Assembly (NCBI GenBank): GCA_965233585.1
Contig: CBDDTI010000746.1
Span: 224,001-288,000 of the forward strand
Direction: 5' to 3'
From: a bacterium
GTDB taxonomy: Bacteria > SAR324 > NAC60-12
DNA length: 64,000 nt
The translations under genes were made by a program, and so were the position numbers. Within the stretch, counting starts at the first letter, position 1, and the number at the start of each line of letters is the position of its first letter. The notes beneath the pieces were generated by a model that was given only the letters and a program-made list of their open reading frames with translations, was not told where the DNA came from and did no database searches. Of the stretch, positions 29,147 through 41,181 are shown one piece after another.

Positions 29147-29431
29147 ATGATTCGTCCATTACAAGATCGCGTTTTGGTCAAGCGCATCGGCGCAGAAGAA
29201 ACGACTAAAGGGGGTATTATCATTCCAGATACCGCTAAAGAAAAACCACAAGAGGGAGAAGTTGTTGCAGTTGGCAATGGAAAACTTCTTGACAATGGTC
29301 AACTTCGTCAGCCTGAAGTCAAAGTAGGCGACAAAGTTCTTTTCAGTAAATATGGAGGGACTGAAGTCAAATTTGATGGTCAGGAATATCTAATCATGCG
29401 TGAAGATGACCTTCATGGCATTGTTGAGTAA
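29147..29431 (+). CDS. groES: Co-chaperonin GroES
   Basis: [23 protein letters not shown]. Confidence 0.99.
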   Translation: MIRPLQDRVLVKRIGAEETTKGGIIIPDTAKEKPQEGEVVAVGNGKLLDNGQLRQPEVKVGDKVLFSKYGGTEVKFDGQEYLIMREDDLHGIVE

Positions 29432-29466
29432 TTGCTTTGTATTTGAAATTTTTAAACTTTAACTAA

Positions 29467-31155
<1,689 letters not shown>

Positions 31156-31177
31156 TCATTCGTCTCCTTCTTCATAT

Positions 31178-31207
31178 AAAGGTTTACTTCGCTGGAGTAA
31201 ACCTTTT
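31178..31207 (+). terminator. Intrinsic terminator of groESL
   Basis: Hairpin AAAGGTTTACTT...GAGTAAACCTTT followed by a T-rich tract. Confidence 0.75.
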
Positions 31208-31350
31208 CTTCCCCCCTCTCCTTCCTTTTTCTATACTTTCTCTTAAAATCATGTTCAAATAGTGTCTTTATCTTTCAAAAAGATTTGGACAAAAGGCACA
31301 CAACTTGTTTTGTTTTGCAGAGAGTTCAAACACACCTAAACTGGTTACAG

Positions 31351-32139
31351 ATGACACCACGCATATCTTTCAGGCTGTCTTTTGTCTTACTTGCCATTTT
31401 TCTTCTGCCTTCTCAAGTCTTGGGTCAAGCCGCTGAACCATTCTTTAGGTTTGGAGTTTTGGAAATGTCTGCCATGCGTTTTGAAAAACCACATATTTTT
31501 GAGCAAATGACAGGGCATGAAGCCTTCAAAGAACCTGATGAACCTGTTGTTACCTCATTTTCCTATTTAGACAGAATGGACGGAATTGATGAGAGTCTTT
31601 TTCAGAAAATTTGGCGATTCCTTCCTCCTGTCTCTGCAGAATACGTGATTCCAGAACTCTACCTTTTTGATGCCTCTTTCTTCTTTTATCATACTGCTGT
31701 CTTCATTGAAGATTTACAGGTTGGGGCTTTGTATGAAGGCAAGACAAGAGACATGCCCATTGTTAAATTAAAAAATTATATGGAATTCCTTGGCACAGCC
31801 GCACATCTGAACGCCTCAGGGTTTTTAGACCTTCATTTTGGGTTTGCCTTGATCAGCATGAGCGGTGCTTATGAATGGGGATTTCGTGCCAATGAAGACA
31901 CAGGGTTTGAAAGAACCTCTAGTGTGAAAGGGTTTAATTCAGACGTATTCATCGTCAATCGCATGGGGATTGATTTTAACTCTGAAACAGCAGGGGCTAG
32001 ATTTGCCATCTATTCCATCGGAGACAGAGTCATCATAGAAAACAATGAGTTTTTTGGAAATGAACTCACACCTGATGCTCAACAAGAGATTTCATTTGAA
32101 AGCATTTGGATTCGTGTCGCTCTTTTATTGAAGTTTTAA
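31351..32139 (+). CDS. Hypothetical outer-membrane beta-barrel-like protein (ORF opens at 31285)
   Basis: Signal peptide, amphipathic strands, C-terminal Phe. Confidence 0.55.
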   Translation: MTPRISFRLSFVLLAIFLLPSQVLGQAAEPFFRFGVLEMSAMRFEKPHIFEQMTGHEAFKEPDEPVVTSFSYLDRMDGIDESLFQKIWRFLPPVSAEYVIPELYLFDASFFFYHTAVFIEDLQVGALYEGKTRDMPIVKLKNYMEFLGTAAHLNASGFLDLHFGFALISMSGAYEWGFRANEDTGFERTSSVKGFNSDVFIVNRMGIDFNSETAGARFAIYSIGDRVIIENNEFFGNELTPDAQQEISFESIWIRVALLLKF

Positions 32140-32177
32140 TCTAACGTTTCCATTTTTGAAGTGTGATGATTCGTTCT

Positions 32178-33263
32178 TTAAGACAAGGCAAGATGGTTAT
32201 CCCATTGATGGATTTGCAAAAACAACCGATTCATCATGGAACTTGTTTGATTGAAAGAATGATATTTCAAGACATCACCAAACCCTGACGAGACTAAAAA
32301 TTGCCCTTGATGACTCATCTTTGCAATGCCACAGGCATCAAGAACGTCAATAGTATCCATGAATTGATGGTCTTTGAAGATGACAACAAGATTGCCTCTG
32401 GGGCAGGAAACTGCTGTGTAGTGTCCTGAAACATCGTATGTAACCGAGCCACAATAGCCTTTCATGGCTTTCAGAACTTTTGGAGTAATCTGCAAAGGCA
32501 TCAGATTCTCTTGACTTGAATGATAAAAAACGAGTGGTGCAAGTGAAAGTGGATTGCTTTGATCTTGTGCAACAAGGGTGATTTGGTTTTGAAAATTGAC
32601 ATCCAGATGCCTCAATGAAAGTTTTTGATATTTAGACCCAAGATGATACTCTCCTAAAATTTGACCTGATGCGAAGTCTAAATAAAGTAAACAAGAGTTC
32701 ATGGTTTCAAGATTGAGTTTCTTGCGACCTTTGGTTAAAATTCCCCCAACTGCAATCGCTGCAATAGTGCCTCCATACAATAATTTGACCTCATGCAAGC
32801 CAATTCCTATGTTTGAAAACTCTTGCACCACCTCATTCCTTGCTCCCAAATCCCGAATGGTCAAAACTCCTTGACCGTTGAGTGTGTTTTGCTCAGTTGT
32901 CAAAAGATACCTCCCATCGTGTGAAAAAACTCCATGCCCAGACATGACACGATTGGCTGATGGCTTGACCCATTGTTGCGTCATAGTTTGGCGGTCAATC
33001 AAAGCGATGTATTTGCCCGGTCTCCTTCCAAAAATAGCAATCGTTTTTTGAGAGGAGGCAATACCATGTCCACGATGAAGCAATGGCACTGAAAACACCT
33101 CATGCCCTTGTTCGTCAAAGCCAACCGCTAGATGTTCCTCACCCAGCTTAGCAGAAGAAACAAACACAGCAGAAGGAGTAGAGGCAGAAAAAGCGTTGTA
33201 TGGAAGGAATGCCCAAGCTGAACCTGCCAGAAAATGACGGCGGTTCATCAATTTAGTCACCAT
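32178..33263 (-). CDS. DUF1513-family Tat-exported beta-propeller
   Basis: NRRHFL, RGHG, GHGVFS.DG, GLHEV, SLRHL, WDNHL. Confidence 0.85.
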   Translation of the reverse strand: MVTKLMNRRHFLAGSAWAFLPYNAFSASTPSAVFVSSAKLGEEHLAVGFDEQGHEVFSVPLLHRGHGIASSQKTIAIFGRRPGKYIALIDRQTMTQQWVKPSANRVMSGHGVFSHDGRYLLTTEQNTLNGQGVLTIRDLGARNEVVQEFSNIGIGLHEVKLLYGGTIAAIAVGGILTKGRKKLNLETMNSCLLYLDFASGQILGEYHLGSKYQKLSLRHLDVNFQNQITLVAQDQSNPLSLAPLVFYHSSQENLMPLQITPKVLKAMKGYCGSVTYDVSGHYTAVSCPRGNLVVIFKDHQFMDTIDVLDACGIAKMSHQGQFLVSSGFGDVLKYHSFNQTSSMMNRLFLQIHQWDNHLALS

Positions 33264-34293
33264 CTAACGCATTGAATCCAATCGGGATTTCAAGACTTTC
33301 TGTAAGTGCTTTGGCTGTCATTTGATACAAAAGTCTTGCCTCAAGATAAAGCACTTTCACTTTGGCACGTGTGTCAGATTGAGAGACTGCCTGACGAAGC
33401 GACGTGTCAAAACGATTGATTTGTTCCAAAGTCTTATCAAACTGTTGCAATAATTTTTGAAGACGTGCTTGACCTAGTTTTTCCTCAATGATGGGTGCAT
33501 AGATGGTTGCAACCACTTTTTTTTGTGTCTTCAAATTCTGTTCAAGCACTTCAAAAGAAATTTGAGACAATGGGAACTGCACATAAAACGGCTTGCCCTT
33601 CTTCTTTTTTGGTGCATACGCAAGCCCAATTTGCCGAGACGCTGCAAGGTCTAATGCAAATAAATTGGCTTTCATCATCTCTGCAATAGACACTTTGGAG
33701 GCTTCTTGGTTATTTTCTTCAACACTATTGAAGGCATCTTTGTAAAACGTCTGCCATGCTTCCTTTGTGTTCTTAGCATGAAACTGAAAAAAATATGCTT
33801 GAGACTGAAGAAGTTGACAGTGATATTGAGAATTTAAGATGTTTTGTGTCTCTTTGAAAAGAAGATATTCCATAGCACCCAAACCTTGCACGGGAGGCGT
33901 CTCTTGACCTTCTTTGACCTCTTGGAGAACGTCAGGATTTTTGTCATTCAAAATGGTTCGTAATTTGCGTTGAGTGAAGCCTTTTTTGTCAGGGAAGAAC
34001 TGCATTTTGGCATATCCATCAAGGTATTGGATCGGACCAAAATTGATGTGCTGGATTCTGCCCCACGAAAGCACCATGTGTTTAAATGACTCTTGCACTT
34101 GGAGTAAGCGCCTGACAAGTCGCTTTTGACAAAACTGATTGACATCTTGTGCAAAATCTTGGGTTTTGCTTGCAAAGCCTTCATAAAGAGGAATGATGTG
34201 CCGTTCTGCAAGTTGATTGGACAACTTCATATAATCAGGAGTAGCCCATGCGATTTGAACAGGTAGAAAGCATAACAAAATGAGTCTTTTCAT
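33253..34293 (-). CDS. Imelysin-family protein
   Basis: FGP..FFPDKKG, QGLGAMEYLLF, C-terminal GFNALDGD. Confidence 0.85.
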   Translation of the reverse strand: MKRLILLCFLPVQIAWATPDYMKLSNQLAERHIIPLYEGFASKTQDFAQDVNQFCQKRLVRRLLQVQESFKHMVLSWGRIQHINFGPIQYLDGYAKMQFFPDKKGFTQRKLRTILNDKNPDVLQEVKEGQETPPVQGLGAMEYLLFKETQNILNSQYHCQLLQSQAYFFQFHAKNTKEAWQTFYKDAFNSVEENNQEASKVSIAEMMKANLFALDLAASRQIGLAYAPKKKKGKPFYVQFPLSQISFEVLEQNLKTQKKVVATIYAPIIEEKLGQARLQKLLQQFDKTLEQINRFDTSLRQAVSQSDTRAKVKVLYLEARLLYQMTAKALTESLEIPIGFNALDGD

Positions 34294-34303
34294 AAACGAG
34301 TTT

Positions 34304-35596
34304 TTAATGGTTTTTGACTGAGTGTTTTGGATTGGAATCTCCCCCAGTTGCAGAGAGAAACTGAATCAATGCTTGACGCTTTTTTGCAGAAAGATTGACA
34401 AATGTACTTTGAGACATTTCTGCCTCTCCTCCATGCCAAAGGATCGCCTCCTCAATGGTTTCAGCACGACCATCATGGAGAAAACGTGCTTTGGGAAACA
34501 CTTTTTTGGCATCACCAATCCCCCAAAGTGGAGCAGTACGCCATTGGCTGCCGCTGGCTTGTCCATCAATCAAACCATCGTCCAGTTGGTCTCCCATGTC
34601 GTGCAACAGTAAATCAGTGTAAGGAAAAATAGTTTGATTGCCAATTTGATAGCTTGGCACATGGCATGAGGCACAGCCAATTTGATGAAAAAGGGCTTGA
34701 CCTTGTTTGTTTGTAACCACGTGCTTTGGGGGAACAAGTGCTTTGAGATACGCCACCATTGGCTTAAAAAGAATGCTTGGAACTTCTAAATTTTCCATCT
34801 CTGGCGTGTTGCCATGTGGTGCATTGAGACACGCTTGTTGCTTGGCAGTGCAGTCTCCGTATCCTGAAGTGAAGACAGGATTACTCAAACCCATGTCATG
34901 GTGCAACGCAAGTGCAGATTGGAAGGCAACAGTTGGAGCAGAGGCTTTCCAGTTAAAACGACCAATTGCATTGCCCACATAATGAATGACGCCACGCACC
35001 CCATCGTTAATTTGAGCTTGTTGTTCTGCATTGGCAATGATTTGAGCATCTGTGATTTTTTCAAGCCAGCCTAGCCCAATCAAAGGGGGACTGAGCCTTG
35101 CAGAAAGCACATAACGCCGAGATGGCTGACCATATCCCCACTTTTTGATGTGAAAAATCGGTTTTTTTAACACGACAGATTGCCCATCAGGATACTGGAA
35201 TGGAATCTTTTGCCAGCTGACTTTAATGCGAGCTTCCCCTGCAAGACCTTGCACCGCACGTGGTTGCAGTTGCTTGCCATATTTAGGCAAAGGATTGCCT
35301 TGATCATCAGCAATTTTGAGTAATGTAGAAACGTGCAATGTGCCTTGATTGGTTTCTACTGTACCTCTGCCATTGTGGCGGTGGCATTCTATGCAACTTC
35401 TGGCATGATACAAAGGACCAAGCCCATCAGCAGCAAAAGTACGAGTTGGAGAAGCCACCCAAATTCTCTCAAAAATTGCTTGACCAATCGCCGTTTGCAT
35501 AGACCGCTTTGGTAAAACTTTAAAGAGTTTTCTGTGAGGTTTAGAATGAGCAATGCTTGCTTGAAAGAAAAGAAGCACTGCTACAAACAGAGGCAT
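34304..35596 (-). CDS. Di-heme oxidoreductase family (DHOR/DUF1111) protein
   Basis: DGLGPLY, two CxxCH motifs, TDLLLHDMG, WRTAPLWG, LHDGRA. Confidence 0.9.
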   Translation of the reverse strand: MPLFVAVLLFFQASIAHSKPHRKLFKVLPKRSMQTAIGQAIFERIWVASPTRTFAADGLGPLYHARSCIECHRHNGRGTVETNQGTLHVSTLLKIADDQGNPLPKYGKQLQPRAVQGLAGEARIKVSWQKIPFQYPDGQSVVLKKPIFHIKKWGYGQPSRRYVLSARLSPPLIGLGWLEKITDAQIIANAEQQAQINDGVRGVIHYVGNAIGRFNWKASAPTVAFQSALALHHDMGLSNPVFTSGYGDCTAKQQACLNAPHGNTPEMENLEVPSILFKPMVAYLKALVPPKHVVTNKQGQALFHQIGCASCHVPSYQIGNQTIFPYTDLLLHDMGDQLDDGLIDGQASGSQWRTAPLWGIGDAKKVFPKARFLHDGRAETIEEAILWHGGEAEMSQSTFVNLSAKKRQALIQFLSATGGDSNPKHSVKNH

Positions 35597-36847
35597 TTAC
35601 TCAATGGCTGATGGATTATCAAGGCTATCAGACCCCTCTAGTTCTGGCATTTTTAGGTCTAAGGCAACAAAGGCTTTTTCAATGCTTTTGGTCTGTGCAA
35701 CCAGTGCATCAACAAAGGCTTGTATTTTGGCATTGCCTGATTTGTTACCTTTGGCAATGAGTTGATCGTATGCTTCACCACGTTCGGTGCTTGTGACCAA
35801 AACCTTGCCTTTAGCAACAGATTTGGAGAGCTGCGATTTTAATCTGTCTGCCAGTGTTTTGTTTTCGCTTTTAAGCATCTTATAAACGGAGGCACCAGAA
35901 ATCTCGCTCCCATCAACTCTTTGATATTTGCCCAAAAACACATTTTGGATTCCTCTGGCATCGTAGTAGTGGCTTCGTGCAGTATTGTCAGAAAAACAAT
36001 CGTGTTCTTCCTCTGGGTCGTGAAGGATCAAACCAAGTTTTGTGCGCTCGCCTGCCAATTCTCCATAAGATAGAGACCCCATGCCCACCAAAATGGCAGC
36101 AAGTCCTTCTTTGGGATTTTGGAACAATGTGGCTCTTGCATCTCCTTCGGGCTTCCACGCTCGGACAATGTCACGTAAATCTTTAATGAGCAAATCTGTC
36201 ACAGCTACTAAGTAATCCACACGGCGATCGCAGTTGCCTCCTGTGCAACCTTGACCAATGACAAAGTCAGTGAAAGGACGATTTCCCGCCCCTGCGTTAG
36301 TACCATTTAAATCCTGCCCCCAAAGCAAGAACTCAATCGCATGATAGCCTTTGGCGACGTTAGCTTCTACTTCATCTATTTCATGTAATTGCTCAAGTAA
36401 ATTGGCATCAATGACAGAGGCATCAATGTTTTGCCCCGCAATAGAGAGCTTTTTGTTGGCAATGATGTTTGCAGTGTAGTAAGGGTTGGTCTGGCTGTCT
36501 TGTCCATAAGAATTGTCCACGTAGTCAATCAAACCTTCATCAAGAGGCCAAGCATTGACTTTGCCCTCCCAATCATCAACGATGGCATTGCCAAAGCGAT
36601 AGACTTCTGATTGCTGATAGGGAACACGTGCGGCAATCCATGCTTGCTTGGCATCTTGAAAATTTTTAGCTGAGGGTTCAACCAAAAACTTGTCAATGGC
36701 AAGCCTCATCATTGATGCAGATTTGAGAGAGTCCTCATACTTAGCTTGTGCAATGTCTGCATAGTTAGTCAGAACATCTTCAACAGAAGATGCAAGGGCG
36801 GCTGATGATGCACCAAGAATTGTGAGTGCAGTCAAAGTTTTTTTCAT
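35597..36847 (-). CDS. Imelysin / IrpA-like iron-regulated protein
   Basis: NAWPLDEGLIDY, GYHAIEFLLWGQD, EEHDCFSDNT. Confidence 0.92.
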   Translation of the reverse strand: MKKTLTALTILGASSAALASSVEDVLTNYADIAQAKYEDSLKSASMMRLAIDKFLVEPSAKNFQDAKQAWIAARVPYQQSEVYRFGNAIVDDWEGKVNAWPLDEGLIDYVDNSYGQDSQTNPYYTANIIANKKLSIAGQNIDASVIDANLLEQLHEIDEVEANVAKGYHAIEFLLWGQDLNGTNAGAGNRPFTDFVIGQGCTGGNCDRRVDYLVAVTDLLIKDLRDIVRAWKPEGDARATLFQNPKEGLAAILVGMGSLSYGELAGERTKLGLILHDPEEEHDCFSDNTARSHYYDARGIQNVFLGKYQRVDGSEISGASVYKMLKSENKTLADRLKSQLSKSVAKGKVLVTSTERGEAYDQLIAKGNKSGNAKIQAFVDALVAQTKSIEKAFVALDLKMPELEGSDSLDNPSAIE

Positions 36848-36980
36848 TGGATACTCCTTTTAGTTATAAGTGTGAAAAAAGGAGTCATTCTAGCCTATGC
36901 AAATAAAAAACTCAAGTCTTATATAAAAATAATGTTGCTCACTGTGAAATGATATAATAGTTTTTTGATGCCCTTTCTCT

Positions 36981-37195
36981 GTCATTGCTTACTCAAACCT
37001 GCAATCTCCTCTTTTTCATTGTGTTGACATTCTTTTTTTGAGATTCCGCATCAAGTGCGGAATGACGACTACTGTCATTCCTGCGAAAGCAGGAATCCAT
37101 GCCTTGTTTAGGGTAGATTCCGCATCAAGTGCGGAATGACGGTTTGCTTTTTTTCTCATTCCCCCGTCATGGCTCACCTTGATTTGCCAGCTCTC
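36981..37195. repeat. Third REP-like cluster, including a doublet at 37074-37140
   Basis: AGATTCCGCATCAAGTGCGGAATGAC twice plus GTCATTCCTGCGAAAGCAGGAATCC; reverse complement of the units near 7440-7560. Confidence 0.9.
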
Positions 37196-37287
37196 TTTTC
37201 AGACTTCTCACTCTTCTGAACTTTCTTTTTCCATTTTGCCTTTAAATTTGTTATGATTCTGGTTTTGGCATTCTCACTCGTGAACTG

Positions 37288-37854
37288 ATGGAAACCGCAT
37301 TACTTTTTGACACACTCAAGACCTCTAAACACTTGCAAGCCGCAGGCTTTGAACAAGAGCAAGCAGAGGCATTGACCGAAGAATTTAAATTTGTTGTAGA
37401 AAGCAACTTTGCAAAACTTTCTACCAAAGACCAAGTCTCTAGTTTAGAGACCAGCCTTAATGAACAACTGGAGCAAAAAGCTACCAAAGAGCAAGTTTCT
37501 TACTTGCAAGAACAGCTGGAACAAAAAGCCACCAAAGAACAGTTTGTTCACTTACAAGAACAACTGGATCAGAAAGCCACCAAAGAGCAAGTAGCTCATT
37601 TACAAGAGCAACTGGATCAGAAAGCGACTAAAGACCAAGTTTCTAATTTAGAAGCCAATCTTAATGAGAAAATGTCTCACTTGGAAACGAATCTTAATGA
37701 AAAAATGTCTCATTTGGAAACCAATCTTAATGAGAAGATTGACAATAAATTTAAATTGTTGTCATGGATGGTCGGTTTTGGCATTTCTTTAAACCTGATG
37801 ACACTTGGGGTGGTGTTAGCCTTTTTGTTTGCTTTTCTTTCTCCTACCAACTAA
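37288..37854 (+). CDS. DUF1640/CCDC90-like membrane-anchored coiled-coil protein (copy 1)
   Basis: Head FDTL..L.AAGF..EQAEAL, KATKEQ repeats, C-terminal transmembrane helix. Confidence 0.85.
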   Translation: METALLFDTLKTSKHLQAAGFEQEQAEALTEEFKFVVESNFAKLSTKDQVSSLETSLNEQLEQKATKEQVSYLQEQLEQKATKEQFVHLQEQLDQKATKEQVAHLQEQLDQKATKDQVSNLEANLNEKMSHLETNLNEKMSHLETNLNEKIDNKFKLLSWMVGFGISLNLMTLGVVLAFLFAFLSPTN

Positions 37855-37963
37855 AAAACACACCTCACCTTCTCTTAAGACGTTGGCAAATTCATTAGAA
37901 TTTGATGCAGTCGTTTCTGTCAATCAAAAAAAGAAAGGTCGCAAGGAGGAAAGAAAAAAGAGA

Positions 37964-38659
37964 TTAGACACTTTTTGCATCTTTTCCCCAGATGACTTTA
38001 TGAAGTTGTGTTTGTAGCCTGACTTGTAAATGGTCGTCTAAAATCCATTTTGCTAAAAGTGCATGTTCTAAAACCTGATAAACAGGTGAGAACAGGATTT
38101 TTGTCCGTGTCTCTAGGGAGAATTGCTGGATAGTCCGCACAGCAAAGTCATAATCTTCACGATTGCCTATGACAAACTTGACTTCATCATCTTCTGTGAG
38201 ATAGTTTAGGTTTTTTAGCAAGTTCCGCTTTGTCATTTTTGAGGAGGGACATTTGATGTCAACGATTTTATGGACTCGGGTGTCTATTTTTTCAATGGGA
38301 CGATGCCCCCCTGTTTCTAGCAAAGTGGTCAGTCCTTGGTCACAAAGTAATTTTAGGAAGTCGTAAGAGGCAAGCTGGTCCAGTGGTTCGCCCCCTGTCA
38401 ATTCTACAAGTTGACATTGATGTGAATGAATCACTTGAAGAATTGCCTCAAATGACATCAAATCTCCTTTCCCAAACGCATAGTCAGTATCACACCATGA
38501 ACAACGAAGCGAACACCCCGAACACCTCACAAAAACGCATGGCAGTCCTGCAAATGAAGACTCCCCCTGAATGCTATAATAAATTTCTTGAATCCGAAGA
38601 GCATCAGTTTTTGATGATTCCGTTTTAAGTGCTTGAATCTTTGGTGATTGAGAACGCAT
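37964..38659 (-). CDS. queE: 7-carboxy-7-deazaguanine synthase (radical SAM)
   Basis: EIYYSIQGE, CSLRCSWCDT, TGGEP, QLHK. Confidence 0.9.
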   Translation of the reverse strand: MRSQSPKIQALKTESSKTDALRIQEIYYSIQGESSFAGLPCVFVRCSGCSLRCSWCDTDYAFGKGDLMSFEAILQVIHSHQCQLVELTGGEPLDQLASYDFLKLLCDQGLTTLLETGGHRPIEKIDTRVHKIVDIKCPSSKMTKRNLLKNLNYLTEDDEVKFVIGNREDYDFAVRTIQQFSLETRTKILFSPVYQVLEHALLAKWILDDHLQVRLQTQLHKVIWGKDAKSV

Positions 38660-39947
38660 GGTTTTTTATTTAATCTTTTACAATCTGCTGATTCTGCCAG
38701 TTGTTTATTTGCTTTTGCATGTTTTGGGGTTGAAAAATTCTAAAATCCGAAGAGCCATCAAAGAACGTGAAGGCATTGGCAAGAGGTTCATGGCGGTCAA
38801 AGACAAAAGGGACTCTGCCAAGCCTTTGATTTGGTTTCATGTGGCAAGTGCGGGAGAGATGATGCAAGCACAACCTGTGATAGAACGATTTTTGCAAAAT
38901 CATTATGAATGCTTGCTAACTTTTTCATCACCGACTGGCAAGGATTGGATTAACCGCCTTCATTTGACCCAACATACAGGAGTTTTTTGTGACTACCTGC
39001 CTTGGGATTTTCTATGGTCTATGCACCGCCTTTTAAAACTCTTGTCTCCTTGTGCCATCGTGTCTGTGCATTCAGAACTGATGCCTAATTTGACATGGAT
39101 TGCCAAGTGGTTTCAAATTCCACAATTCTTGATTTCTGCGGTGTTGCGTCCTGATTCCCCGCGTGTGAAGTCATTGCCGATTCGTCATTTTTACCAAAAC
39201 TTGTATCAATGCCTTGCTGGAATCTTCACAGCATCACCAGCTGACCAACAACTGTTCTCTAAATTCTTACCTGAACATCAGCAGATTCAATATTTTGGAG
39301 AGACACGATTTGATGCAGTTCTTGACAGGAAAAGACGTCTTTCCAAACCTTTCATTCCCTTTTCCCTAGCAGACAAAGTTGTTTTTATTTTTGGCAGTTC
39401 GTGGCAACAAGATGAACAACACTACTTGCCTGCACTCAAAAAGATGTTAAGTCAACACGATGAGCTTTTTGCAATCATTGCCCCGCATGAAATAGATACA
39501 AATCACCTCGCACATCTTGAAGACACTTTGCAAGATTTTGGAGTGGTGCGTTTTTCTGATATGACCCCAGATGATGCCCCCCGTGTTTTATTGATTGACT
39601 GCATCGGCATTCTTTCAAGTTTATATCAAGTAGGGTCACTTGCATACGTTGGGGGTGGGTTTAGCACGGGTGTTCATAACATCATTGAACCTTGTGCTAT
39701 GGGATTACCTGTAATCTTTGGTCGGTTGTTCCAAAATTCTGCAGAAGCACGGAGCTTTGTCATGGAAGATTTTGCATGGAGCGTTGAAAATGAGCAACAA
39801 ATCCAAACTTTGTTTGAAAGGTTTTTGAGCCATCAACAAGAGCTTTCAAGGCTGGGAGCTAAGGCATTGGCAAGCGTTGAGGTTTTAAGCGGAGCGTCGC
39901 AGTCGTGTTTTGAAGAAATTCACAACTCTCTTACTCTGCATCTTTGA
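38658..39947 (+). CDS. waaA: Kdo transferase
   Basis: IWFHVASAGE, YLPWD, GETRFD, IIAPHE, AYVGGGF..GVHNIIEP. Confidence 0.9.
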   Translation: MVFYLIFYNLLILPVVYLLLHVLGLKNSKIRRAIKEREGIGKRFMAVKDKRDSAKPLIWFHVASAGEMMQAQPVIERFLQNHYECLLTFSSPTGKDWINRLHLTQHTGVFCDYLPWDFLWSMHRLLKLLSPCAIVSVHSELMPNLTWIAKWFQIPQFLISAVLRPDSPRVKSLPIRHFYQNLYQCLAGIFTASPADQQLFSKFLPEHQQIQYFGETRFDAVLDRKRRLSKPFIPFSLADKVVFIFGSSWQQDEQHYLPALKKMLSQHDELFAIIAPHEIDTNHLAHLEDTLQDFGVVRFSDMTPDDAPRVLLIDCIGILSSLYQVGSLAYVGGGFSTGVHNIIEPCAMGLPVIFGRLFQNSAEARSFVMEDFAWSVENEQQIQTLFERFLSHQQELSRLGAKALASVEVLSGASQSCFEEIHNSLTLHL

Positions 39948-41181
39948 GACATCTGAATCCAACCAAAAAAGAGCGAGTCCATTCTGCTAATGCTTCATGC
40001 TCACCCAGTTTTAGAAGATTTTTATTCAATTTACCTCCCCATGCCCCACCTTTTACCATACGCAAGGGATAATCTTGTTTTTGAGAGACTTGTCCTGTTG
40101 TCCACTCTGCAACATTTCCAAACATGTCAAAAATCCCCCAAGCATTTGGTTCTTTAGTGCCAACAGGTTGAGCCTCCCAAACTTGGTCTTTTGGAGACCA
40201 TGCCTGTTTTTGAAGCGATTCTTCTGTCAAATCTTTCAAAGTCCCTGCACTGGCGGCATAAATCCATTCTTGTTCTGTTGGCAGACGCTTGCTTGCCCAT
40301 TGACAATACTGCTTGGCATCATCAAAACTGACATACACCACAGGGGCATCTGCATTGTTTGACTCAAATTGACCTGTTCCTTTTTGACATTCTGTACATT
40401 TTTGGAACGCCTTTACTGTCACTTCTGTTTGGTCAATCCAAAAGTGCTGTCCTGATTCACGCCTAATCAAGACCATGTTTTCAGTTTTCAAAGACTCTGG
40501 AGTTTCTGGGGTCAACTCTGGTGCAAGGTCTTCTTCAAGCAAAGGTGGGACAGCTGTCTTGGATTTGGGTACTGTTTCTTGAAATGGTGAGATGGCAACA
40601 TCTAGCGTTTGCAAGTCATTGGAAGTAGCAATTTGGGGTTTTGGTAACTTTTCAGCAGTCTTTTGTTTTTCTGCAAAATCCCAATGGTATGTCTGATGCC
40701 AAGCTTGTTGAGAGATCAAAGCATTGTAAAGTTCTACCTTGACTTGTAGCTTGTCTGCCTCTTCTTGAGTGATAGACATAGCCACCACCAACTCTGCCCC
40801 AATGATACCTGAAATGTTAAGCCATAACTCTGGAGGTGAAGAATCTGGGAAGGCAAGCGTCCATTCTTCGTAAGCCATTGCGACATCATCAAAAGGAATC
40901 ACTTGTTCAGGAAACGTCTTTTGCAGTGCCTCTGTCAATGTACTTTGCAACGTGAATTGTTTTTTGGGGATTGCATCTTTCAGGTCTTGGAAAGAGACCT
41001 CAACGATGGCTATCGTTCCTTGAGATTCCGGGGAGTCTTTGATGATGTTGGCAAGGTCTCCTATGACTGATGTCCATTGCTTTTGAGTGAGTTTTTCAAG
41101 AATGGCTTCAGCTTGGACTGGTATAGCCAGAAAGAAAAGAAGGATTAGACAGACAAAGATTTTTTGAGTCGGGATAGGCAT
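39931..41181 (-). CDS. Exported FGE-sulfatase (SUMF1) domain protein
   Basis: TEVT, RLPTEQEW, NAWGIFDMFGNVAEW, GFRC; N-terminal signal and extra domain. Confidence 0.85.
   Translation of the reverse strand: MPIPTQKIFVCLILLFFLAIPVQAEAILEKLTQKQWTSVIGDLANIIKDSPESQGTIAIVEVSFQDLKDAIPKKQFTLQSTLTEALQKTFPEQVIPFDDVAMAYEEWTLAFPDSSPPELWLNISGIIGAELVVAMSITQEEADKLQVKVELYNALISQQAWHQTYHWDFAEKQKTAEKLPKPQIATSNDLQTLDVAISPFQETVPKSKTAVPPLLEEDLAPELTPETPESLKTENMVLIRRESGQHFWIDQTEVTVKAFQKCTECQKGTGQFESNNADAPVVYVSFDDAKQYCQWASKRLPTEQEWIYAASAGTLKDLTEESLQKQAWSPKDQVWEAQPVGTKEPNAWGIFDMFGNVAEWTTGQVSQKQDYPLRMVKGGAWGGKLNKNLLKLGEHEALAEWTRSFLVGFRCLKDAE

Noticed and set aside
32178..36847. Imelysin/di-heme/DUF1513 operon as a novel system
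   Set aside because: It is a known, widely conserved iron-related gene cluster.
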